Below are positions 39,326-48,623 of a DNA stretch of 59,196 nt, one piece after another. The DNA is from Micavibrio sp. (GTDB lineage: Bacteria; Patescibacteriota; Minisyncoccia; Moranbacterales; GCA-2747515): the NCBI GenBank assembly GCA_020718085.1, contig DYDB01000001.1:329575-388770 (forward strand), given 5' to 3'. Within the stretch, counting starts at the first letter, position 1, and every line of letters starts with the position of its first letter. The notes under the pieces were generated by a model. It searched no databases and was not told where the DNA came from. It saw only the letters and a list, made by a program, of their open reading frames with translations. The translations under genes were made by a program, and so were the position numbers.

Positions 39326-40237
39326 CTACCTCTTCCTCAAAACATTCTTCATCTCCCCTTTTACAAATGCTTCGATATTTTGAATGGCAATCTCTCTGCC
39401 GTTTGCGATTGCCTGCGTGGTCGAAAATGCGATGTGTGGTGTGACCAATATTTTTTCATTACTCAGTGCTTTTTGATAAAAAGCATTTGTCGTATCGCCG
39501 AAGTCTTCCGGGTCACAATCGATCGCAGCTCCTGCAACGATGTCTGCATTGATCGATGCGATGAGCCCATCGATGTCATAGGTGTACGGTCTGACAAATG
39601 TGATGTAATAACATCCTTTTTTGAGATGCATAAAAAATTCTTCATTCAAAAGATCTTTACTGGATGAATTACAGTTGAGTGCGTTGATGATCAGATCCAC
39701 ATCACGAGACTTTGCCAAGAGGTCATCACCCCTGTCAAAAAATGCCACGTCTATCCCGAATGTTCCACAGAGAACACCGATCTGACTGCCGATGCTTCCA
39801 TGACCGACGATCAATACTTTTTTACCCTGCAGACTCTGTTGCAGTTCAACGGGAAAATTTTCTGTTGCACGAACCATTGGGCCAAATTTTCGAAATAGTG
39901 AGATCGTCATGTACATCACCCACTCAACAATCGAGTCTCTATTCCCACCTTGCGAGTTTGCGACGATGACACCGTTTTTCGCCAACTCGTCAGAATCAAA
40001 AACACCCAGCTCCACATATGGATAGGTGACAAAAACATTTTTGAGTTTGGGGAGACTTTCCAAGAGAAATGCACCATTACTATACAAAACATCTGCATTC
40101 TCCGCTTTGCTGATCAAATCTTCTACGGATACAGGCTCTTCCATGGACACAAGTTCTCCAATCGTTTCTAGTCGTTTCTTATGTTCATCTGCCAAATTTA
40201 TGCCCAAAGTAATGATCTTTTTCATAGTATTTCTCAT
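39326..40237 (-). CDS. D-isomer-specific 2-hydroxyacid dehydrogenase family protein
   Basis: 303 aa with the NAD fold VLIVGHGSIGSQIG. A C-terminal catalytic His (PHIAFST) is in context. Confidence 0.8.
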   Translation of the reverse strand: MRNTMKKIITLGINLADEHKKRLETIGELVSMEEPVSVEDLISKAENADVLYSNGAFLLESLPKLKNVFVTYPYVELGVFDSDELAKNGVIVANSQGGNRDSIVEWVMYMTISLFRKFGPMVRATENFPVELQQSLQGKKVLIVGHGSIGSQIGVLCGTFGIDVAFFDRGDDLLAKSRDVDLIINALNCNSSSKDLLNEEFFMHLKKGCYYITFVRPYTYDIDGLIASINADIVAGAAIDCDPEDFGDTTNAFYQKALSNEKILVTPHIAFSTTQAIANGREIAIQNIEAFVKGEMKNVLRKR

Positions 40238-40379
40238 TTATGCTTAGATACCTCAAAACTACCCTTAGCATACGCCACAAGAGAAAAATAGACAAACACA
40301 AAATACATATCTCAACACCTTTTCATATAAGCGATAAATCCCGCTCTCATCCTTCGAAAAAGATCACCCACATGCCATA

Positions 40380-41009
40380 TCACAGTTCTATATATCCGGA
40401 CCAACAGGTATGATCTTCTGGCATGTGTACGGAGTGGATCTGCTGATCGTCAAAAATCTCTTCTATGGCCTTTATTGCTCCCGGACAATGCTCATGTCCA
40501 TAATCATCAAAATAGATCACGCCATGTGAGTGCATGATCTTTGGGACATTTTCAGCACAATACTTGACTGGAATATACAAGTCGCAATCAATATGGGAGA
40601 AAGAAACATCTTTTATAGGAAGAGATTTTAAAATTTCTTCCACCTTTCCTTGATATAAAACGATTTGATCTGCCAATCCCCTAGATCTAATGTATTCCTC
40701 CATATCGCGCATATTCGCATCCGCATATTTACCCACAGGATGAACTGGATGCCCATCGGAATACGGATGACCCGCAAAAGTATCAATGCCATAAACCGTA
40801 TATTCCGGGCACACCTCTCGCATTGCTTCCGCCAAAGCAATGAGCGTTCCACCGCGATACACGCCCACTTCCAAAACATTTCCTGGATTTCTTCTGAGAG
40901 TTTCTTTACATTTTCCCACCAAATACGCCAATCTATTCTGAGGGATGACAGTTGTCCCATACGGCACACTGTCTACTGGTGTATTTACATGTATTTTTTC
41001 AGTTTTCAT
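40380..41009 (-). CDS. class I SAM-dependent methyltransferase (TylF/macrocin-O-MT-like)
   Basis: VLEVGVYRGGTLIAL...HIDCDLY...IYFDDY is typical of the TylF family. Confidence 0.7.
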   Translation of the reverse strand: MKTEKIHVNTPVDSVPYGTTVIPQNRLAYLVGKCKETLRRNPGNVLEVGVYRGGTLIALAEAMREVCPEYTVYGIDTFAGHPYSDGHPVHPVGKYADANMRDMEEYIRSRGLADQIVLYQGKVEEILKSLPIKDVSFSHIDCDLYIPVKYCAENVPKIMHSHGVIYFDDYGHEHCPGAIKAIEEIFDDQQIHSVHMPEDHTCWSGYIEL

Positions 41010-41029
41010 TTTTTAACATTTATGACTTG

Positions 41030-41350
41030 CTAAATGAACTTTCTAAACCGCAATTCATCAATTATCGCACCGAAAAACGATGGATGAACTTTTATCGTAG
41101 CTTCTGTATAATTATTGATCCATCCAAACAATTCATTATCTGTATAACCAGAAACCAATTTTCTTTTTCGGTCTATTGTTCTTTGTCCAAATGCGCTTAT
41201 ATCAGCTTTCTTCAACGCAGTTAATATATTTAACACATCGGTAAGTTTATACATATTCAAATGATCATCATTTCCTTCTCTTTTTTCAGAAGGAGCTGAT
41301 TTTTCTGAACCTTTATTCTTCAAATCTGAAAATTTGATCAATTCACCCAT
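41030..41350 (-). CDS. hypothetical protein
   Basis: 106-aa ORF with no recognisable motif. Confidence 0.45.
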   Translation of the reverse strand: MGELIKFSDLKNKGSEKSAPSEKREGNDDHLNMYKLTDVLNILTALKKADISAFGQRTIDRKRKLVSGYTDNELFGWINNYTEATIKVHPSFFGAIIDELRFRKFI

Positions 41351-41382
41351 ATGATTTGCGATTATAATGATGTTTTTATTTT

Positions 41383-41407
41383 ATCATCTCCCACTCGGCA
41401 AAACCAG
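41383..41407. repeat. 25-nt conserved intergenic box, copy 1
   Basis: atcatctcccactcggcaaaaccag, 33 nt upstream of the start of 41030..41350. It matches 23 of 25 positions of copy 2. Confidence 0.6.
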
Positions 41408-41428
41408 TATCGTATATCCAAAAGAATA

Positions 41429-42310
41429 TTATTTTGTAAAACCTAAGACAAAAATTCCTATGATTGCCAGACTGGCTGCGAGTAATTTTCTGATAATTCC
41501 TTTTGTATGTTTCAAAACGAAAAATTCAAATAAAATAATGAGAAATACCTGCGAATTATTTATCGCATCCACTCTGCCAACTTCTCCCCCAAATCGGTAT
41601 GAGGTGAAAGTAAAAAAATTATATAATAAATAACCAACAGCCGATATGACAATCGGTATATACGCACGAATGTCCTTGCCTTTAATTGAATCAATGATTT
41701 TGTTCTTTCCCAAAATAAATCCCCAGCATGATATCAGGAGAAATGACCAAAAAATATATATCATCGGATGAATATCCAGTACGATGCTCTTATCCAGAGT
41801 ATAAAGTATGCCAAAGATCATCCCTGCGGCCAATCCGTATAAATGATTTTTCTCCAAAGCAGCATTTTTATAATTTACGGCAATTATCGCTAATAAGATC
41901 AAACCTATGCCGATAAATTTCATATAATTGACCGACTCAGAAAAAAATACTATTCCAAGAAATGTTGACGTTACTGCAGACAAAGATATAAAAATAGCAG
42001 AAATACTAATATTTTTTACTTGAAAGCTTTTTAGATACAAAATCATTGCCAAAGATCCCAAAAAACTCACACCCATTATTTTTGGAAGAACACTTATATT
42101 GAAAATCAAAAATACTTGGTCAGAAAGACCAAATGCAAAAATAAAAGGTATGGAAAAAACCGACTGAAGCAGAAAGGTCAAAACTGCACTTGCTCTCGCA
42201 CTAAATGGATTTTTTAAATTTAATAGATGTTGTTGGGTCAGTTCTGCAATAGCCAATGCAAAAACTGAGAGAATGCTGAAAGTAAACCACGTCATCCAAT
42301 TTTTTCGCAT
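41429..42310 (-). CDS. EamA/DMT family transporter
   Basis: 293 aa with 10 hydrophobic helices in a two-fold repeat arrangement. Confidence 0.7.
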   Translation of the reverse strand: MRKNWMTWFTFSILSVFALAIAELTQQHLLNLKNPFSARASAVLTFLLQSVFSIPFIFAFGLSDQVFLIFNISVLPKIMGVSFLGSLAMILYLKSFQVKNISISAIFISLSAVTSTFLGIVFFSESVNYMKFIGIGLILLAIIAVNYKNAALEKNHLYGLAAGMIFGILYTLDKSIVLDIHPMIYIFWSFLLISCWGFILGKNKIIDSIKGKDIRAYIPIVISAVGYLLYNFFTFTSYRFGGEVGRVDAINNSQVFLIILFEFFVLKHTKGIIRKLLAASLAIIGIFVLGFTK

Positions 42311-42332
42311 TAATAGTTATATTGTCATCATA

Positions 42333-42357
42333 TCATCCCCCACTCGGCAAATCCAGA
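42333..42357. repeat. 25-nt conserved intergenic box, copy 2
   Basis: atcatcccccactcggcaaatccag, 23 nt upstream of the start of 41429..42310. Confidence 0.6.
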
Positions 42358-42460
42358 TTAGATAAAATTTAAAACAACTATCTATCCATATAAAATTTAA
42401 AGGGCAAAACAAACAATTGTTGTTTCGCCCTTGTATATCTACAAATTCTGCAGTATTCAA

Positions 42461-43105
42461 TTAAAACTGGATAATACCTTCATTCTTCTGACTCAAAATG
42501 TCTCGATAATCTATGCCGATAATCTCGATCTCACCTGAGTTTGCCAGAAGTTCTTTCATGCGCGAAACAATTCTACCGATCGTATCAACCGTTTTCACAC
42601 GTTCCAAAATTCCTTCCTTAAATGGAAAATTGCACGTTGCAATGACCATGCGACGTTCCTCATAGATCATTTGCACGAACCGCATAAAACATACAATATC
42701 CGTTCTCGGATGAAGGTCGTGGACAGCTTGATACTTCGCAAAAAGATCATCGATGATGACAATTGGCTTGCGATCGTAATCAAACGGCAAAGCAATATTA
42801 TCAAGCGTAAAATCAGATCTGGCAAGATAGATCATTCTCAGCATATTAGGTGCCTTGTCCTTGATCTCATTGATCAGCGCTTCGATAAGATACGTTTTTC
42901 CCCTACCAGGCAAGCCCCACAAAATCAACATCTGCGCGTGATCAAAAGGATATTGAGCCGATGTGATCTTTTCCTCCAATGATATCAGTACATGCGCTAA
43001 TCTCTCCACCCTATCTGCAATAATCGAAAGCTCTTCACTATACCGATCCAGTTCTGTAAATCTGGCTGTTGGTCTGACTTGGTCAATGCAATTACCCCTA
43101 GCCAT
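42461..43105 (-). CDS. DnaC/IstB-like AAA+ ATPase (orphan)
   Basis: Walker A LWGLPGRGKTYLIEAL, Walker B PIVIIDDLF, and sensor-like VIATCNFPF. The start is set at the ATG 6 nt after AAGGAGG (MARGNC...). Confidence 0.65.
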   Translation of the reverse strand: MARGNCIDQVRPTARFTELDRYSEELSIIADRVERLAHVLISLEEKITSAQYPFDHAQMLILWGLPGRGKTYLIEALINEIKDKAPNMLRMIYLARSDFTLDNIALPFDYDRKPIVIIDDLFAKYQAVHDLHPRTDIVCFMRFVQMIYEERRMVIATCNFPFKEGILERVKTVDTIGRIVSRMKELLANSGEIEIIGIDYRDILSQKNEGIIQF

Positions 43106-43300
43106 TCTCATCCTCCTTGTGTTTGCTATACAGGATTGATAAATTTCTATCATGCATTATTATAAAGTATTTGCGTGACAATTCTCACCATCATTCATTG
43201 TAAAATAAACTATGACAGAGTATTGTACCATTTTTTACACAAATAGTCAATCATATTACAGCCATTACACAAATCCATTCTTACTAAGACTCGTGTCTTC

Positions 43301-43393
43301 GCGAGAAGTGCAACGACGAAGCGGTCTCCCGTGTATATGTATTTTTTCGAATAATAATTGAGATTTCTTCGTCGCCATGCTCCTCGCAATGAC
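43301..43393 (-). repeat. GC-rich palindromic element (21-bp interrupted stem), family member B
   Basis: Arms at 43301-43321 and 43367-43387 give 19 of 21 pairs on the minus strand, four of them G-U. The terminal segment is gagatttcttcgtcgcc...ctcgcaatgac. Confidence 0.6.
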
Positions 43394-43413
43394 ATATATT
43401 TTATTATTTTCAG

Positions 43414-43449
43414 AAAAAAGCTCCATCGATCATTACGACCGATGGAGCT
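43414..43449 (-). terminator. purL terminator
   Basis: Minus strand agctccatcg-...-cgatggagct followed by tttttt. Confidence 0.8.
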
Positions 43450-43470
43450 TATACGATTCCTCCTTGTTTC

Positions 43471-46400
43471 TTAATTGTATGATTTCGTTTTTTCACACCA
43501 CGCTCTGGCATTTTGGAACATTTTGAGCCATGGTGAAGCTTCAAACGCAGTTCTCATCCACTCCGGCATCCATGACGCTTGCCACGGGAGAACCGTTCTT
43601 TCCGGATGTGGCATCATCGCGAGATGTCGCCCGTCCGGTGAACAAAGTCCTGTGATACCATACGGCGATCCATTGGGATTGAACGGGTAGCTATGTGACA
43701 CTTCGCCGTCAGAACTGCCTTCGTCATCTACAAACACTACCGGCGCAAGATCATCCAAGAGAATCTGATCCATGATCGTTGGATCGGGAAAATGTAATCT
43801 TCCCTCACCATGATCCACCCATGCACCAAATGTCATGCCTTCCATACCTTTCAGCATCATGGCAGGACTTTTTTGGATCCGCACGGTTGACCAGCGTGAC
43901 TCAAATCTTCCGGAACTATTGCGTACGAATCGCGGCTGTCTTTCATCAGACAAACCATACCACGGCACCCATCCGAGAAGCGCAAAGAGTTGACACCCAT
44001 TGCACACACCCAACGTGAATGTATCCGACCGATTATAAAATTCCGCGAACATCTTGTTGAGCTTTTCATTACACCGGATCGTTGCCGCCCATCCCTTGGC
44101 ACTTTCCGGCACATCAGCATACGAGAAGCCACCGACAGCGACAAGTCCCCTGAATCGATCCAACGTCACCACACCATTCAAGAGATCCGTCATCGTGACA
44201 TCCTGTACGTCAAATCCTGCACCGTAGAAAGCCGACGTCATCTCGCGATCACCGTTACTTCCCTCCTCACGCAAGATCGCCACGCGCGGTTTTTCTACTG
44301 CTTCCATGAACTGCATTGGAGTCATGCGAGGTGTAAATGGCACAATGTACTTTGGACCTTTACGATCAAAAATGTTTCGTTTTTCCTGATCGACACACTG
44401 AGGATTTGCTTGCAAGCGCTCAAGTTGATAGGATGTCTCTTCCCACCAACCACGCAATATGCGCATATCTTCATGCAATAAAGCTTTCCTGGCACAATCC
44501 TCGACCAATACCGTTTTGTTGATCAAAGTGAGTCCGATCTCCTCGAACGGCACATTAAAATCATCCAACACTTTCCGTACAGGATCATGTGTAACGCCCT
44601 GATCATCTTCCGTACTGAATTGACATTCGATGACCAAGCCCGCTTCTTCTGCAAACCAATCCATTGTTGTGTGTGTTGCTTCACTTGCACAAAAACCACA
44701 GTTTCCTGCAAATGCCATCTCCAACAGCGTCACGATAAGCCCGCCATCGGACACATCATGACCAGCCAGGACTAAGCCCTGATCGATCAACTTTTGTACT
44801 GCCAAAAATGCACGTCTGAGCAGATTCGGATCGTTCATATCGGGACTCTCATCTCCGATCTGACCATACACCTGCGCCAACGCAGAACCGCCCAGTCTTT
44901 TCTTCCCTCCTGAAAGATCGATATAGATGATACGACTGTTGCCGGGATCTTTGAAATCCGGTGTGATCACCTGGTTAACATTGGCCATCGTTGCATACGC
45001 AGAAATGACCAATTGCCTCGGGGACTTCACAATCTCTTCACCGATACGCGTCGCCATGGACAAACTGTCTTTACCACCGTCCACAGCAAGACCTACACTG
45101 ATCATGAGATCTCTCATTGCACAGGCTGCATCATAAAGTGCAGCACCTTCACCCGGAAGTTTCGGTGCCCACATCCAATTGGCGGAACACTTCACTTGTT
45201 CAAGATCATTGATCCGCGCCCAGACCAGATTGGTTAAAGCTTCCGTTACCGCCATGCGCGCACCCCGTGCAGGATCGACCAACATTTTGATCGGCTGTTC
45301 ACCAATCGCTGTTGCTATTCCCGTAAGACCGAAGTGACTCTGTGCCACAACGGCCACGTCACTTACTGGCAACTGCAACGGACCACAACACTGTTGCCTC
45401 GCAATGAGACCTGTCACACTACGATCCACCTTGTTCATCAGAAATCTTTTGGAGCCGACAGAGATCAATCGCAACACGCGCCACAAGGCATCTTCCATCG
45501 ACAATTGCTCAGGAAGTGTAACTGGCTCAAATGTGCGCACGATCCTTTCATCTGTAAATGTTTTTTGTGGCATGTTGCCAAAGAGATCAACAAGATCCAA
45601 ATTCACAGGGACAACTTCTTCCCGTGTGCCACCGATCAATACTGCAGCTGAATCTGTTACGACGAATTTTCCATCCCCTGTCACCACACCAAGCACTTCA
45701 CACGGCACCTTCTCACGTGCGCAGATCGCCATGAACTTTTCACGATCATCTTCACAAATGAGCAGACCGTTCCTCTCTTGGAATTCACATACCCAGATCT
45801 CCAGCGCTGACAGCGTTGGATCTCCACAGTTGATCCTGCGCAACTCCACATTACCACCGGCTTTTTCCACCAGTTCTTTGAGCACATTGGCAGGTCCGCC
45901 GGCACCTTGATCGTGAATGCTCACGATCAGATTACGCTTCCACATCTCAACGCATGCTCTGATGACACGATTGACCTTTTGCGCCATTTCTGCGTCACCG
46001 CGTTGTACAGCATTAAAATCAAGTTCTGTTTTATTCTCTCCTTGGAGCATGCTTGATGCCGCTCCGCCACAAAATCCGATTCTGTATGCCGGTCCACCAA
46101 TCTGCACGATCAACATGCCTTTGATAGCCTCTTGCTTTTTCACATGGGATTGTTCGATCTGACCAATGCCTCCGGTGAACATGATGGGTTTTACAAATTC
46201 CCATCGTTCCCCTACGACTCGCAATCCGAATGATCTGACAAATCCCTGGATCACCGGCTCGCCAAACTTATTGCCGTAATCCGATGCGCCATTGGATGCG
46301 CCGATACCGATCTCACATGCTGTTGCCAACGTCTCGGGATAAACAAACGAATGATCTTCCCATGGAAGGTCATATCCGGGAATCCGCAGATTGCCGAAAC

Positions 46401-47355
46401 AATATCCTGCGGTACCGGCAATTACCAAACCACCACACCCTGTTGCCTGCACATCACGAATCCGCCCACCCGTTCCGGTTTCTGCACCGGGAAAAGGTGC
46501 TACGCCCGTCGGGAAATTATGTGTTTCTGCTGTGAGAAGTGGATGATAAGTTGGTTGGTATAACCGAAAAATTGATGATTGACCTGGATTTTCCGGCATG
46601 ATCGTTTGCACTTCACAACCCTCGATCACGCTTGAATTGTCACAGAATGCCAGCAGACTTCCCTTCGGGTGTGCTGTCAACGTAGACTGCACGATCTGCA
46701 TGAGCGTCTCAAGCATTTCCTCGCCATTGATCACCATCTTACCCTTGAAAAATCCATGACGGGAATGTTCCGAATTGGCGTTGTTGAGATCCATGATCTC
46801 CACGATCGTCGGATTCCTGCCACATCGTAAGGCAAAATATTCGTAATACATATTGCGGTCAAACGCATCCATCGAAATACCTGGAATATCCAGAAGAGCA
46901 TCAGGACCTTTTTCCTTTAGCGGAACCGTATACACTTTTTCAGGCACAAGACCTGTTTCAAAAGTTTTTAGCGGTTCAGGATATTCCATCTCTGTCATAC
47001 GGTCATGATATGTACGGATAAATGTTGCACGATCGGTTTTCGGGGACAATTCATATCTCCGCGATCGTTCGACACGCACGACTTTGTGCAATCCGCAACT
47101 CTTGCAGATTGACACCAAATTCGACGACCATGCCGTCGCAAAGTTCATCCGCGGACCAAGCTCAACGATATTTTTTCCACTGCACTGCGATGTTGTAGAG
47201 ATCTTGCTCATCACAAAACCCTCTGTGAGGATCGCTACGAGCACAGAAAGCTCATCATCATTGAGTAGTGGTATCGTTGTTTCCACGTTGAAAACCCACT
47301 CCATTTTTTCTACACCAACAGGCAAATCATTTGCTCCCAGATAAAATTGCTGCAT
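43471..47355 (-). CDS. purL: phosphoribosylformylglycinamidine synthase, single-chain large form
   Basis: 1294 aa from the ATG at 47355 (SD AAAGGAGA). Collinear with E. coli-type PurL: N-domain, two PurM-like repeats, and a C-terminal glutaminase (GVCNGCQ nucleophile, HPER). Confidence 0.95.
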   Translation of the reverse strand: MQQFYLGANDLPVGVEKMEWVFNVETTIPLLNDDELSVLVAILTEGFVMSKISTTSQCSGKNIVELGPRMNFATAWSSNLVSICKSCGLHKVVRVERSRRYELSPKTDRATFIRTYHDRMTEMEYPEPLKTFETGLVPEKVYTVPLKEKGPDALLDIPGISMDAFDRNMYYEYFALRCGRNPTIVEIMDLNNANSEHSRHGFFKGKMVINGEEMLETLMQIVQSTLTAHPKGSLLAFCDNSSVIEGCEVQTIMPENPGQSSIFRLYQPTYHPLLTAETHNFPTGVAPFPGAETGTGGRIRDVQATGCGGLVIAGTAGYCFGNLRIPGYDLPWEDHSFVYPETLATACEIGIGASNGASDYGNKFGEPVIQGFVRSFGLRVVGERWEFVKPIMFTGGIGQIEQSHVKKQEAIKGMLIVQIGGPAYRIGFCGGAASSMLQGENKTELDFNAVQRGDAEMAQKVNRVIRACVEMWKRNLIVSIHDQGAGGPANVLKELVEKAGGNVELRRINCGDPTLSALEIWVCEFQERNGLLICEDDREKFMAICAREKVPCEVLGVVTGDGKFVVTDSAAVLIGGTREEVVPVNLDLVDLFGNMPQKTFTDERIVRTFEPVTLPEQLSMEDALWRVLRLISVGSKRFLMNKVDRSVTGLIARQQCCGPLQLPVSDVAVVAQSHFGLTGIATAIGEQPIKMLVDPARGARMAVTEALTNLVWARINDLEQVKCSANWMWAPKLPGEGAALYDAACAMRDLMISVGLAVDGGKDSLSMATRIGEEIVKSPRQLVISAYATMANVNQVITPDFKDPGNSRIIYIDLSGGKKRLGGSALAQVYGQIGDESPDMNDPNLLRRAFLAVQKLIDQGLVLAGHDVSDGGLIVTLLEMAFAGNCGFCASEATHTTMDWFAEEAGLVIECQFSTEDDQGVTHDPVRKVLDDFNVPFEEIGLTLINKTVLVEDCARKALLHEDMRILRGWWEETSYQLERLQANPQCVDQEKRNIFDRKGPKYIVPFTPRMTPMQFMEAVEKPRVAILREEGSNGDREMTSAFYGAGFDVQDVTMTDLLNGVVTLDRFRGLVAVGGFSYADVPESAKGWAATIRCNEKLNKMFAEFYNRSDTFTLGVCNGCQLFALLGWVPWYGLSDERQPRFVRNSSGRFESRWSTVRIQKSPAMMLKGMEGMTFGAWVDHGEGRLHFPDPTIMDQILLDDLAPVVFVDDEGSSDGEVSHSYPFNPNGSPYGITGLCSPDGRHLAMMPHPERTVLPWQASWMPEWMRTAFEASPWLKMFQNARAWCEKTKSYN

Positions 47356-47481
47356 GATCTGTTCTCCTTTTCGTTCGTTGAATTGACACTGCGCCAAAAA
47401 AATGATTCACATATCTCTTGTATTTGTGTGTATAAAAACACGTTTGTAAAGGACTATATGCTCACATAAAGTGAGTTATCC

Positions 47482-47509
47482 ATTGTAACAAAGCCACTTG
47501 AAATAGCAA
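47482..47509 (-). promoter_or_regulatory. purL promoter
   Basis: Minus strand TTGCTA, 16-nt spacer, TACAAT. Confidence 0.55.
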
Positions 47510-47611
47510 TGCCATGAATGATTGGTTATTAAATTATTTTTAAAAATGTATGCGGGTTATTCGTCGATTCACTCCTTCCGCCAAAGGACGGACAGGCGCA
47601 AAAACATATTT

Positions 47612-47654
47612 AAAAATGAAAAGTCCCATCGGCTATATAGCCAACAGGACTTTT
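47612..47654 (-). terminator. purN terminator
   Basis: Minus strand aagtcc..ggctatatagcc..ggactt followed by ttcattttt. Confidence 0.65.
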
Positions 47655-47674
47655 TACACACAAAAAACACTTTT

Positions 47675-48457
47675 TCAACTGATCTGGACGATCCTTTTTC
47701 CATTGACGCCTTCGACCACCCGCAATCTGTCCTCCGCATAAAGTTGGATGCATCGCGGATACAGGATCCATTCCTGCTCAAGACCTCTGTTCTTAAAAGA
47801 CTCGAATTTTTCTCCAGGAAAAACGGGGAAGGTGATTTGATCAATGATCGGACCGGTATCCTCACCATAGTCGACGAAATGCACCGTAGACGCACCAACC
47901 TTGCACCCATTGTTGAAAGTGTCCTCATATCCGTTGGTGCCGGGAAATGCAGGCAGATATGCTGGATGGATATTCGTGATTCGTGGCTTCGACGGGTCCG
48001 TATTGATCTGATCGATAAAGAATGCCGTGAAATTTCGCATGAATCCCGCCAAAGCCAGGAGATCAAACTCATACTTCTCGATCTCGCGGAGCAGTTCATT
48101 TTCTATGACAATCCGTTTATAAAGCCATGCCACACGTTTATCCGGTTCAGTGATGTGCGGTGGCACAATGCCCATGCTCTTTCTTATATACGTTTGCAAC
48201 TGATCAAGCTGATACTCCGTTTTCATCAGATCGGCGTACCCCGTGATATTCCGACCGATCTGTTTATAGTCCACCACAAATGTCGGGATGTGACGAACTG
48301 TTGCCCGCGTCAAACCTTTAACACCCGGCACATCAGATCCCACAAAAACCACATCGCCGTCGATACGATCATCTTCACACGCATCCATGATCGCACGTAA
48401 ATTTGAACCACTTCCAGAGAGCAACACACCTATTTTCAGTCTCTTCACAGCAGCCAT
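47675..48457 (-). CDS. purN: phosphoribosylglycinamide formyltransferase with about a 45-aa insertion
   Basis: KIGVLLSGSGSNLRAIMDA, LAGFMR, NIHPAYLPAFPG and TVHFVDYGEDTGPIIDQ. At 260 aa it is longer than the usual 200 or so. Confidence 0.88.
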   Translation of the reverse strand: MAAVKRLKIGVLLSGSGSNLRAIMDACEDDRIDGDVVFVGSDVPGVKGLTRATVRHIPTFVVDYKQIGRNITGYADLMKTEYQLDQLQTYIRKSMGIVPPHITEPDKRVAWLYKRIVIENELLREIEKYEFDLLALAGFMRNFTAFFIDQINTDPSKPRITNIHPAYLPAFPGTNGYEDTFNNGCKVGASTVHFVDYGEDTGPIIDQITFPVFPGEKFESFKNRGLEQEWILYPRCIQLYAEDRLRVVEGVNGKRIVQIS

Positions 48458-48545
48458 ACAAGCACCTCTTTAAGTTTATGGTTGAACTACGATGAAAAAT
48501 AGTGAGTATTTACAAAGAACGCTACTTACACAAAGCAAGTCACTC

Positions 48546-48573
48546 ATTATAGCAAAAACGCACAAAATGACAA
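48546..48573 (-). promoter_or_regulatory. purN promoter
   Basis: Minus strand TTGTCA, 16-nt spacer, TATAAT, followed by GAGTGACTT. Confidence 0.6.
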
Positions 48574-48610
48574 ATAAAGAAGTCGCCTTTCTCACAGGAG
48601 AGGCGACTTC
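48571..48610 (-). terminator. terminator downstream of the purM-like gene
   Basis: Minus strand gaagtcgcct-...-aggcgacttc followed by tttatttg. Confidence 0.6.
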
Positions 48611-48623
48611 GTCACAAATTCGA

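Noticed and set aside
43301-43393. Integron attC site interpretation of the hairpin repeats
   Set aside because: There is no integrase in the window, no recognisable R''/R' core sites (RYYYAAC/GTTRRRY) at the arm ends, and the neighbouring genes are not arranged as a uniform cassette array.
43210-43395. 61-aa minus-strand ORF (MSLRGAWRRRNL...)
   Set aside because: It is a translation of the GC-rich palindromic repeat and its loop, with no SD. It is better explained as a repeat element.
47356-47674. Possible purine, ZTP or PRPP riboswitch upstream of purL
   Set aside because: I read both strands and found only a promoter, a short hairpin at the start site and a GC-rich segment lying upstream of that promoter. 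The conserved cores I remember for purine (UAUAAU...CUACC...CCGUAAAU...GACUAUG) and ZTP (GGGUCGUGACUGGCG...CCGCCUGGGC) riboswitches are absent. An Rfam scan would settle this.
47522-48400. 292-aa plus-strand ORF
   Set aside because: It is fully antisense to the minus-strand ORF that carries clear PurN motifs. It has no SD and a low-complexity, Arg-rich composition typical of a shadow ORF.
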